From contig CAXXFK010000020.1 in assembly GCA_963663965.2 (NCBI GenBank), forward strand, positions 160,001 through 224,000: DNA of 64,000 nucleotides. Direction: 5' to 3'. The position numbers and the translations under genes were made by a program. Below, piece by piece: positions 1 to 8,709 of this stretch. The stretch comes from Sedimentisphaerales bacterium. Its GTDB lineage: Bacteria > Planctomycetota > Phycisphaerae > Sedimentisphaerales > SM23-30. Under the pieces are notes generated by a model. That model searched no databases. It was given only the letters and a program-made list of their open reading frames with translations, and was not told the DNA's origin. How positions within the stretch are numbered: position 1 is the stretch's first letter; the number at the start of each line of letters is the position of its first letter.

Positions 1-872
1 ACCAGATGGGATAAGGCGGATACCTCACCCACGGTAAAACTGAGAACAGCAGGTTTTGCCGAGGTAACATTCAAAACCATCGGCTTTTGAAGCTCCGCTT
101 TAGCAGGGCCAAACAGATAGCCGCCCCAGCCCTGCGGGACCGGCCAGACCGGCTCCGACCAGTTGGCGCTATTGACCCAGGAGGCTTGATAATGCGTGAG
201 CTGGAAAGGTTGATATCCCCGGCCGGCCTGGGCAATATTGAGTTCAAAAATTTCCTGACAGGGTGTCCTGCCCCAGCCCAGACCATCACTGATAATGAGC
301 CGGTCCGGATCTTCATCCCGGATGGCTTTGGCCAGTTGCCGGACCACCGCGGCATATTTCGGGCCCTCGATACTGGCCGGCTCGTTCATCAGGTTGAAAC
401 TCAGGTATCGATTGGAGATGCCGCGATAGCGCCGGGCGAACGTACCCCAATGCCGGGCGCAGACCTGCTGAACTTCGGGCTCATCCCAGAGACTGCGCGG
501 TTCCGGCGGTTGGGCCACGGTATAACCGGGAGCACGATGGAAATTTAAACAAACATGAATCTGGTATTGCTGACCCCAGGCCACTGCCTGATCGATTTCT
601 TTGAGAACGGATTCATTGAAACGGTTCCAGTCGCCATCGACGATCCAGACCCGGTAATCCATCGGCAACCGGACAAAGTTAAAGCCCAGCTCGGAAATGA
701 GCTGAAAGTCCTGCTCTTTATAAGGGCCGGCATTGCCCTTGTTGAATTTTTCCAGTAAATTAAAACCTCGCCAGCGGGGTAATTTTTGCGGGGTCGGCAT
801 GGGCAGCTTTTCTTCGGCGGCATAGCTAACCGTCAGTAATGTTACTAAGACCAGGAGCATTCGATTTAACAT
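1..872 (-). CDS. Secreted glycoside hydrolase family 5 (cellulase-type), runs off the window start
   Basis: Not in the ORF track. Manual translation from ATG at 872: MLNRMLLVLVTLLTVSYAAEEKLPMPTPQKLPRWRGFNLLEKF...LGFNFVRLPMDY...HVCLNFHRAPG...LSFNLMNEP (GH5 RGFN, VRLP and NEP motifs, signal peptide). Confidence 0.85.
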   Translation of the reverse strand, partial: MLNRMLLVLVTLLTVSYAAEEKLPMPTPQKLPRWRGFNLLEKFNKGNAGPYKEQDFQLISELGFNFVRLPMDYRVWIVDGDWNRFNESVLKEIDQAVAWGQQYQIHVCLNFHRAPGYTVAQPPEPRSLWDEPEVQQVCARHWGTFARRYRGISNRYLSFNLMNEPASIEGPKYAAVVRQLAKAIRDEDPDRLIISDGLGWGRTPCQEIFELNIAQAGRGYQPFQLTHYQASWVNSANWSEPVWPVPQGWGGYLFGPAKAELQKPMVLNVTSAKPAVLSFTVGEVSALSHL

Positions 873-921
873 AAGGTCACCTGTTAAGTTTTGGTTTTGA
901 TACTTTAGCTTGGATATTACA

Positions 922-3714
922 TTAATGTTGGTACTGTATGGCAACAGGCCCAATCAGGCCGGCGGGCACCAGCGGTTTTTCGCCCCGTGCCGGGTACCAG
1001 CGGGCGGCTTCAACCTCTTTGATTGTGCGAGTCAGGTTGTTCAGAGTCGTTGTCACTTTGATCTGGAGCGTATTGGAGCCGGGTCGGACCGCCTGGTTTA
1101 AATCATACGTGTGTTGGCCGTACCAGCGCACACCCAGTGATTTACCGTTAAGAACCACTTCAGAAATATCACCGACCATGCCCAGGTCGAGCTGCACACG
1201 GGTCATGTTGGGATTAAGATTGATGTTTGTTTTATAGGTGACTGTTCCGGCAAATTGATTGAGACGGGGGTCTTTGCTTTGCGACAGGTCGGCCAGTTCA
1301 AAACGCGCCAGGGTAAATGGCTGAGACTGAACGGGTTGAAAACTGGCCTGCCAGGGGGTATTGATCGTCAATGCGCGCTGAGTTTGATATCGTTTTTCCA
1401 TTTCGATGGCCACACCGGCCTGATTGTCATACACCAGCAGCAACGATTCCAGTGGCGGCAAATCGATCTGAATCTGATTGGCATCCTGGCCCTGTTTTAT
1501 GGCGGTTGCCTGACCAGTATGGGGATCCCAGCGCCAGGCCGTCAGGTTGCCGGTCTGGAGCTGGGCTTTGGCTCGAATAGCGTCTCTTTCGTTCTGATTA
1601 CATAGAAAAAACAGGTCGGCGCTCTCATACCGGGTATGAATCTGGTACAGGTTGGGATTAAGTTGATTAAACTGTACTGAGCGTTTGATGCCCAGTTGAT
1701 CCAGCAGTTCATCGGTCCAGTGCAACAGGGCCGGCTTTCCCGGCGCGCGGAGCAGCCTGACTGACCGGTTATTTCGCTGGACAATATCGGCAATCGTCTG
1801 CTTGACGGTCTGATCGTTGGAAGTTGCCTGATCCAGGCCGGGCGCCCGGTCGGGCAGTCGGTTAATGAATGCAATCTGTCCGCCTGACTGAGCATAATCT
1901 GCCAATGCCCGTACGGTTTTGGGCTGAAGACTTTCGACATCGCAGACGATAAGCGCCTGGTATTGCATGGGGCCATAGTGGATCTCGCCATCTTTGAACT
2001 CGGCTTGTTGCAGCGTGGCCTCGCCCAGATAGTCGGACGTTGCGCCACAATTGGAGATTGTCTTCCAGAGCTGGTGCAGGTACCAGGGGGTTTGATGGAA
2101 TGGCGGACGGGCCAGTCCATCCACTGACCAGATATCGGCGGTTGGGCCCATGATAGCAACCTGAACAACGGGGCTGGTTGATTGAAAGACTGCCGATAAG
2201 CGGGCGTTATAATCCGTCCAGTAACGAAGATAGGGCCACCAGCTGTTTTGCTCGCTGAAATAAGCGCCATAGCGGACCCAGCCGGGGAATCCGGCCGACA
2301 AGGGTGAATAGTTAAATCCATGCAGGACGGAATGATTGATACCCATGATGAAATTATAATCATCGGCCGCTTTGATCTGCTGGAGTGTGGCGCGGAAAAC
2401 GCCGCGAGTATTGGTCATGGCTTCGGTACTGATGATGTTGCGGCCGGTGAGGTGGCCGCCGGAAGAACAATATTTGGTCCAGACCAGAAAACCATGAGAA
2501 TCCGGTTCTGAAAAAAGCCAGTTGTTTGTTTCGGGAATATCGGGGATTTTGTAGCCTTCGGCCATCTCCATCAGAAAAGGAATGCCGTAGGCCTGGTAAC
2601 GGGAAATGGCGCCGTGCGCATGACACCAGTCATGATAGGTACGGGTGAAACGTTCCAGAAAGAGCTCGGTCAGGGTTTTGCAGAAATCATAACGGGCGCG
2701 ACGGACAGCATCACGCAGCTTTGCGCCGGGAGTTACCGGCTTTTTGAAGTCGATCAGCCAAGGCAGCCAGGGTTCGATCGCGTATCCGCGCCGGGTGGCG
2801 AATTCTTTCGACATGTCATTAGTCCAGTTGGCGCCGGCCAGTTCGATACTGTCGCAGAAAACGGCGCGGATTCCGTTGCCCAATCTGCCGCCGAAGGCCG
2901 GATCGAGGGCATCCGACATGCGGTTGAGGTAGTCGAGTACAGATTGTTTGTTATAATGATCCAATACCGGGCCCATGGCTCCGGGCGAACCGTGAACAAC
3001 GGTACGGAAACCTTTGACGATGATTCCGATGCAAAGCGTGTGTTTGCCTGAGGGCACTGCGATATTCAGGACACCGGTTGGATCGATGTGGCCGGACAGG
3101 TCCTGAACCTGGTCGATAGAGTCGATGCCGTCGAGGATCAGCCGGACAAAGAGCCGCCGGGCACTCAGGAGCGCCGGATCCGCATCGGCGTCGGCTGATT
3201 TGAGGGCGGAGGATTCTTTTTTTATTAATTCGTCGATATTAGCCTGGTAGCGTTTCGGGCCGTTGATATCGACGGTGATCAGGTCGAGCTTCTGCAAAAT
3301 CTGGTCGGGCCGGAGGAATTCGCCGCCAAATGGCCAGCCGGATCCAACGATCAGATCGGCAATCATATCCTGCTGATGGGCCAGATCGGCAGTATATTTC
3401 ACGAGTTGGTTCCATTCATCGCTGAGCCAGGCCAATTGTGGTATGCTGGGCTTACGGGTTACCGGAGGCAGGGCGATCGGATTGATCTCAAATCCACCGA
3501 TTCCGGCTTGCTTCAGGATGTCAATTTCCCGGGCGATCTCAGTTTTGTCAAGATAACAGCCGTTCCACCACCAGCGGACAAATGGACGGGCCTCGGCCGG
3601 AGGTTGCTGAAATTGGGCCAGCAATGCTTCAGTACCAGCCATGGCATAATGCTGCCCGGCGACCACCGTCATCAATATAAATAGAATGAGTATAGTTGAA
3701 AAAGCAGATTTCAT
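922..3714 (-). CDS. Secreted glycoside hydrolase, GH106 (alpha-L-rhamnosidase-like) with C-terminal sugar-binding domain
   Basis: FQQPPAEARPFVRWWWNG, GSGWPFGG, CDSIEL and HSVLHGF motifs; signal peptide from ATG 3714 (MKSAFST). Confidence 0.8.
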   Translation of the reverse strand: MKSAFSTILILFILMTVVAGQHYAMAGTEALLAQFQQPPAEARPFVRWWWNGCYLDKTEIAREIDILKQAGIGGFEINPIALPPVTRKPSIPQLAWLSDEWNQLVKYTADLAHQQDMIADLIVGSGWPFGGEFLRPDQILQKLDLITVDINGPKRYQANIDELIKKESSALKSADADADPALLSARRLFVRLILDGIDSIDQVQDLSGHIDPTGVLNIAVPSGKHTLCIGIIVKGFRTVVHGSPGAMGPVLDHYNKQSVLDYLNRMSDALDPAFGGRLGNGIRAVFCDSIELAGANWTNDMSKEFATRRGYAIEPWLPWLIDFKKPVTPGAKLRDAVRRARYDFCKTLTELFLERFTRTYHDWCHAHGAISRYQAYGIPFLMEMAEGYKIPDIPETNNWLFSEPDSHGFLVWTKYCSSGGHLTGRNIISTEAMTNTRGVFRATLQQIKAADDYNFIMGINHSVLHGFNYSPLSAGFPGWVRYGAYFSEQNSWWPYLRYWTDYNARLSAVFQSTSPVVQVAIMGPTADIWSVDGLARPPFHQTPWYLHQLWKTISNCGATSDYLGEATLQQAEFKDGEIHYGPMQYQALIVCDVESLQPKTVRALADYAQSGGQIAFINRLPDRAPGLDQATSNDQTVKQTIADIVQRNNRSVRLLRAPGKPALLHWTDELLDQLGIKRSVQFNQLNPNLYQIHTRYESADLFFLCNQNERDAIRAKAQLQTGNLTAWRWDPHTGQATAIKQGQDANQIQIDLPPLESLLLVYDNQAGVAIEMEKRYQTQRALTINTPWQASFQPVQSQPFTLARFELADLSQSKDPRLNQFAGTVTYKTNINLNPNMTRVQLDLGMVGDISEVVLNGKSLGVRWYGQHTYDLNQAVRPGSNTLQIKVTTTLNNLTRTIKEVEAARWYPARGEKPLVPAGLIGPVAIQYQH

Positions 3715-3796
3715 GTCAAGCCTCCCTGGGAAATTCAAAATGTATTAAATCAAGAACGATCCATAACCCCAAAGTATTACCTAATCAATTTATTTA

Positions 3797-3825
3797 TATA
3801 CACAGTGTATATTAATTTGTTGACA
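3797..3825 (+). repeat. Left 29-bp inverted repeat flanking the RAYT gene
   Basis: TATACACAGTGTATATTAATTTGTTGACA; its reverse complement matches 5135-5163 at 27/29. Confidence 0.85.
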
Positions 3826-3848
3826 ATTCATTTTTCACCCATTATTCT
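3820..3848 (+). promoter_or_regulatory. Putative sigma70 promoter of the RAYT gene, with the -35 inside the inverted repeat
   Basis: TTGACA (3820-3825), 17-nt spacer, TATTCT (3843-3848); AAAGGAG RBS before ATG 3917. Confidence 0.55.
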
Positions 3849-3916
3849 TCAACTATCCAAAGCCCTCATACCAATCATTAATTAGTATATCGTATTTATA
3901 TAAAAGGAGTTACGTT

Positions 3917-4867
3917 ATGTCCTGCCGCCTTCGCTTCAAGCAAACCCGCTTCGCCGCCTTTTACCACGTCTACAGCCGCATCGCCGGCTCACCCGCCGAC
4001 CGCCCACTCCAGCAGCCCAATTGCCGCCGCAAACTCCTCGCCCTCATCCAGCACTACACCCGCGCCTACTGCTGCGAAGTCGCCGCCTTCGCCCTCATGG
4101 GCAACCACTACCACCTTGTCCTCCGCTTCGACCCCAAATCCCAGCTCCCGCCCGCCGAACTCGCCTGCCGCGCCCACCTCCTCTACCCCGGCCCCCACTC
4201 CCAGGAAATCATCGCCAACTGGTCCCCGGCCCAATGGCAGCGCTTCAACGACCGCCTCTTCGACCTCTCCGAGCTCCTCCGCAACCTCCAGGCCCGCTTC
4301 GCCAAATGGTACAACCAGACCTTCGAACGCCGCGGCCGCTTCTGGGCCACGCGCTTCAAGTCAGTATTCCTCAAAGACTTACGCGCCGTCCGCGACTGCA
4401 TGCTCTACGTCGATCTCAACCCCGTCCGCGCCGGCCAGGCCGCCCACCCCGCCGATTACGAGTTCTGCTCCTACCACCATCGCACCCAAAACCGCCACGC
4501 CGCCGCCTGGCTATTACCCCTCCACCAACTCTTCGACCAGCGCACCACCGAGCCCCAGGCCCTCAAAGATTACACCCACCGCCTCACCTACCGCGGCAAC
4601 CTCACACCTTCAGACGCCGACTCCCAGGCCAAACATCCCCCAATCCCCGCCGCCATCCTCGAAGATGAGCAATCCATGGGCTTCGCCCACCCCGGCCTCT
4701 TCCTGCAACAGTTCAAACACTTCATCGACGGGCTGGCCATCGGCTCCGAAACCTACATCCGCCAGCAACTTCAAACCTTCCGACAAACCGGCCAATACCA
4801 CCGCCGCACCAACCCCATCCCACTCCCCACCGGCCTCTTCGCCCTCAAAGCCGTAAGAACAATCTGA
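3917..4867 (+). CDS. REP-associated tyrosine transposase (RAYT / Y1 HUH transposase)
   Basis: FYHVYSR, MGNHYHLV (HUH), RGRFWATRFKS and YVDLNPVRAG (catalytic Tyr) motifs. Confidence 0.9.
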   Translation: MSCRLRFKQTRFAAFYHVYSRIAGSPADRPLQQPNCRRKLLALIQHYTRAYCCEVAAFALMGNHYHLVLRFDPKSQLPPAELACRAHLLYPGPHSQEIIANWSPAQWQRFNDRLFDLSELLRNLQARFAKWYNQTFERRGRFWATRFKSVFLKDLRAVRDCMLYVDLNPVRAGQAAHPADYEFCSYHHRTQNRHAAAWLLPLHQLFDQRTTEPQALKDYTHRLTYRGNLTPSDADSQAKHPPIPAAILEDEQSMGFAHPGLFLQQFKHFIDGLAIGSETYIRQQLQTFRQTGQYHRRTNPIPLPTGLFALKAVRTI

Positions 4868-5134
4868 GCCTCACTAAATTTAACACATAATAAAATGTTG
4901 TCTTACCCGAAGACTGTCGCATATCTGCCATGTTCTGTAGAAATATTATGACTCTAACCGGTCCAAGACCTCAAATAGAACCATCAGCCCAAGTTTGATT
5001 GATTATAACGCCAAAACCCGGTACATAATTTACTGATTTTTATCCGAAGTACTTGACCGATACCCGGTCGATATACTAATTAATCGGTCCGAAAATTTAT
5101 GATATCCCAATAAATCATAATCAGATACATTCGG

Positions 5135-5163
5135 TGTCAACAAAATAATAAACACTGTGTATA
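5135..5163 (-). repeat. Right 29-bp inverted repeat flanking the RAYT gene
   Basis: TGTCAACAAAATAATAAACACTGTGTATA; inverted partner of 3797-3825; 25 bp identical to 32876-32900. Confidence 0.85.
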
Positions 5164-5310
5164 ATAAAATTTTGAGTGAGAAATGGGGAAAAATCGGTAT
5201 AGTAATGGGGGATGTGTCAGATTGGGCGATACTCGCTACTGATATTTCAATTATTTCATACAAGTTTTCAAGGTTTTCATATTATGGCTGATATTGATAT
5301 TGTTATAGAA

Positions 5311-6381
5311 ATGAAAATAAGGTCCAGGTCCATACTGTCGCTGTTTTTGGTGGGTGTATTGATTGAATTATTCGCTCATGCCGGCATTAATGCCGGGCAG
5401 CCGGATCCGCCTGGTCAAGCCCAGAATGGCCCGGCAATTCACGAAGCGTATTTATTCGCGCACATGATGCATGGCGATTATGGCCGCCTGTATTATACCG
5501 TGAGTCAAGACGGCCTGCACTGGACCCAGCTTAACAGTGGCAAGCGAGTCTTCAATGAATACCGCGGCCATCCCGATATCTGCCTGGGGCACGACCAGCG
5601 TTATTATCTGGTGGGCAACCGCAACGATTCGGCTGCGGATATCAATTTCTGGGTTTCGGACGATTTGATCCATTGGAGTCCGTACAGCAGCGTTACACCC
5701 GATCTGAAAAATACTCCTAACTACAGCAATGCCTTGCAGCGTATTGGTGCTCCCAAGCTCTATTATGACCAACCCTCCAAAACCTACCTGTTGACCTGGC
5801 ATACCCCCCATGAGCCCGGCACCGCCGAAGATCCGGAACGTTACTGGGCCAGCCAGCGAACGCTTTATCTTACCTCAAATGACTTAAAGACCTTTTCAGA
5901 ATATCCCAAACGGTTATTCGATCAATGGGATATGGCCACTATCGACACAATCATTCGCCCGGAAGACGGCCGGTATTATGCCATCATCAAAGATGAACGT
6001 TACCCGACTCTCGACTGGACCACTGGCAAAACCATACGGATATGCAGCGCCCCATCCCTGCTGGGTCCCTACTCAGAGCCATCGTCTCCGGTCAGTCCCA
6101 ATTTTCGAGAAGCCCCCATGTTGATTCCAACGCCCGATGACACTGCCTGGTATCTTTATTACGAACAGTATCCTGGTGTGTCATACGGTTTGTCAGTTGC
6201 GGCCCAACTGGATGGCCCCTGGTATCAGGTCAGTGGTTACACGTTTTATAATGACTGGGACAAATACACCATGCCGGCCAAGGTCCGACACGGCTGTATG
6301 GTCCCGATTCGCTTGAATCAATACGAGGCATTGATCAAGGCTTTTGGGAACCAACCTCAGGAAGCAACATCCGGACAATAG
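5311..6381 (+). CDS. Secreted five-bladed beta-propeller glycoside hydrolase (GH43/GH-F-like)
   Basis: SQDGLHW, SDDLIHW, TIDT, IKDE and EAP motifs; signal peptide from ATG 5311. Confidence 0.7.
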   Translation: MKIRSRSILSLFLVGVLIELFAHAGINAGQPDPPGQAQNGPAIHEAYLFAHMMHGDYGRLYYTVSQDGLHWTQLNSGKRVFNEYRGHPDICLGHDQRYYLVGNRNDSAADINFWVSDDLIHWSPYSSVTPDLKNTPNYSNALQRIGAPKLYYDQPSKTYLLTWHTPHEPGTAEDPERYWASQRTLYLTSNDLKTFSEYPKRLFDQWDMATIDTIIRPEDGRYYAIIKDERYPTLDWTTGKTIRICSAPSLLGPYSEPSSPVSPNFREAPMLIPTPDDTAWYLYYEQYPGVSYGLSVAAQLDGPWYQVSGYTFYNDWDKYTMPAKVRHGCMVPIRLNQYEALIKAFGNQPQEATSGQ

Positions 6382-6536
6382 CCAGGAATGCCGGGCAACG
6401 CCTTAGGGACCGCAAATAAATAACTACTTCATTTCTCATCCCATCTTGCCGCCATCTTCAGCCGCTTCTCAATCGGCGCATCTGAATCTGACGACAAGCT
6501 GTGCGATAAATGCAGCATTTATTTATATACGGACCC

Positions 6537-7502
6537 TTAGAGCATATTCATGGCATTGTTGAAATAGTTCGACCAGAATTGTACGACGATCATGGCAACA
6601 TAGATCAGAATGCCAAAATAAACCAGGCGCGGGAACCAGAAACAAAACGCCTTGATACGACGGCGTGAGATATCATCGTAAACTTTGCTCAGTCGTTCGG
6701 CAACCGTATCCATTTCACCGGTTTCTTCGCCGACCAGCCAGGCTTCGGTAAATTCGATCGGCAAACCCGGCTTAAAGCCGCTGGACACCGGCTGACCCAG
6801 GCGCGCCTGGGCGCCGCCGGAATATAACCGGTTACAAATGACCGCGTTACCACAACTCATGGCCGCCATTTCAATGGCTTCGTCGATCATAATGCCGGCT
6901 CGAAGCAGTAAACGGAATGTATTGCAAAAGAAGCTGAGCGCGGTAGCTTTTAAGGCCGGCCCCAGCAATGGAAGGCGTAAGAGCAGTTCATCGGCGATCA
7001 GTCGAATCGGTCCGACTTGCGGTGTGGTTTTGAATATAATCACAAATACAATCGCGGGGATATAAAACCACAATAACAGACCAAAGGCGCCCAGCAGATA
7101 TTGTGCGGTGGTCTGCTTGCCAAAAACACACAGTAACAGACCGGGAATAAACGCCGCGGCATGAATCATGAGGCCCGGCAGCCACAATCCGGACAAAAAC
7201 CGCCGGATCATTTCACGTTTAAACCGGATCCATTCCGCCAGCAGTTTCATGGTTTCGCCCAGGTTTCCAGAACGTTCCCCGGCTCCGATCAGTTCGCGTT
7301 CGATCACCGGGAACTGGCGTGGATGGCGATTCAGCGCCTCGGTCAGGGATTCTCCTTCGCTGACCTGGGCCTGGATATCTCTGATCGCCCGGTTACCCAG
7401 AGAGGCATTGGGTTTCTGAGCGGCAACCGCCCGCCGAATATCCACGCCGGCATCGGTCATCATTCCCATACTGTAATAAAATTGTTCACGATGCTTGAGC
7501 AT
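6537..7502 (-). CDS. Type II secretion F / PilC family inner membrane platform protein
   Basis: Two T2SSF repeats (GESLTEAL...AGERSGNL; GQPVS...VGEETGEMD) with TM segments. Confidence 0.85.
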   Translation of the reverse strand: MLKHREQFYYSMGMMTDAGVDIRRAVAAQKPNASLGNRAIRDIQAQVSEGESLTEALNRHPRQFPVIERELIGAGERSGNLGETMKLLAEWIRFKREMIRRFLSGLWLPGLMIHAAAFIPGLLLCVFGKQTTAQYLLGAFGLLLWFYIPAIVFVIIFKTTPQVGPIRLIADELLLRLPLLGPALKATALSFFCNTFRLLLRAGIMIDEAIEMAAMSCGNAVICNRLYSGGAQARLGQPVSSGFKPGLPIEFTEAWLVGEETGEMDTVAERLSKVYDDISRRRIKAFCFWFPRLVYFGILIYVAMIVVQFWSNYFNNAMNML

Positions 7503-7735
7503 AGAGCGCCTTAATCAGAGTTTATAAGGTTGCCAGCGGTTATGGATCATATCATAACACATCAATTGCCGTGAGAAAATAATTTTTTCATCTGATCCCG
7601 CTTAAAAATTCTACCACGTCACAATCCGCCAGAACCTGAATCAAGTCGCCGGCCAGGGTTGCCACTACTGAAGGAATTAACCATTGCCTCGATCGGAACT
7701 CCATTCAAATTGGTCTGCCATGTTATCATCGATTT

Positions 7736-7840
7736 TATGCCCAATGGGTATGAAAATTCCTGATCGCTCGCAAGATAAGTATTTACCCGTATATAACTTA
7801 TATTACGTCCCAGTGGGCATTTTCAAAGGCAAGCAGTATA
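7736..7840 (+). repeat. ~105-bp dispersed intergenic repeat, copy 1
   Basis: CCCAATGGGTATGAAAATTCCTGATCGCTCGCAAGATAAG...GGCATTTTCAAAGGCAAGCAGTATA aligns with 12438-12543 and 22715-22818. Confidence 0.9.
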
Positions 7841-8067
7841 AATACTCAGGCAAGATAAAAAGTTAAATCAAACTTTTGACCCAAATAGCCCTATCTCAAA
7901 CCATAACATAGTTATTCACGTACAGTTATAATGCCCCGCAAATAATTCATCCCAATAATAGAAATTCCTGTTATAAAACGATAATCAACGATCACTAATC
8001 AGTAGTTCGCATGCGATGGACATTTAACCCTTAAGTTCATTAATCCTATTCAACAAATGAGGTAATC

Positions 8068-8628
8068 ATGAAAAAACATACATTAATTCTGACCGTATTA
8101 GTATGCGCCCTGTCGTTTTTGCCGGCGCTGGCACGCGGCCCCCAAAAAGGGCCCGGTGGCGGAGGAACCGCTCCTGTCCTGACCACCGCGGAAAAAGAAT
8201 CTTTAATCTTTATGCGTGAAGAAGAGAAACTGGCACGCGATGTTTATCTGGGGCTCTATGAGCGATGGGGGTTGCCTGTTTTTGATCATATTGCGCAATC
8301 GGAACAGCGTCACATGGATGCCGTGAAAACCCTGATCGACAAGTATGGCCTGACTGACCCGGTGGTTAATGACAGCATCGGGGTATTTGCCAATTCAGAA
8401 TTGCAGGAATTATACGATTATCTGGTTGACCTGGGTTCTGAATCATTGCTCGACGGCCTCTATGTGGGACAGCTCATCGAAATCACCGACATTGCAGACC
8501 TCGAGTCGGCCCTGGCTAATCCCGATATTACCAAACCGGATATTGTGCGAGTTTACGGCAATCTACTAGCCGGCTCCTATAACCATCTGGCCGCATTTAA
8601 CAGCCTGATCGACGCCTTGCAGGAATAA
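8068..8628 (+). CDS. Secreted DUF2202 ferritin-like protein
   Basis: MREEEKLARDVY, SEQRHM, IEITDI and GSYNHL di-metal helices; signal peptide. Confidence 0.85.
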   Translation: MKKHTLILTVLVCALSFLPALARGPQKGPGGGGTAPVLTTAEKESLIFMREEEKLARDVYLGLYERWGLPVFDHIAQSEQRHMDAVKTLIDKYGLTDPVVNDSIGVFANSELQELYDYLVDLGSESLLDGLYVGQLIEITDIADLESALANPDITKPDIVRVYGNLLAGSYNHLAAFNSLIDALQE

Positions 8629-8659
8629 AACCGTATAATTTATTGTCATCCCTGGCTTG

Positions 8660-8691
8660 AGCGCCCGTTTGATAAGGCGAAAACGGGCGCT
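8660..8691. terminator. Intrinsic terminator hairpin between convergent genes
   Basis: AGCGCCCGTTT / AAACGGGCGCT perfect 11-bp stem followed by a T/A-rich tract. Confidence 0.65.
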
Positions 8692-8709
8692 TATTATTTA
8701 TCAATCCGT

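Noticed and set aside
71..823. Short track ORFs at the window start
   Set aside because: The real gene is the minus-strand GH5 from 872, open to the window edge.
3797..3825. RAYT-flanking repeat as a Xer/dif site
   Set aside because: Lacks the 11-6-11 dyad and a convincing TTATGTTAAAT arm.
4021..4856. Long Pro/Arg- and Ser/Pro/Thr-rich alternative-frame ORFs overlapping the RAYT
   Set aside because: By-products of the extreme C bias (few stop codons); no motifs or RBS.
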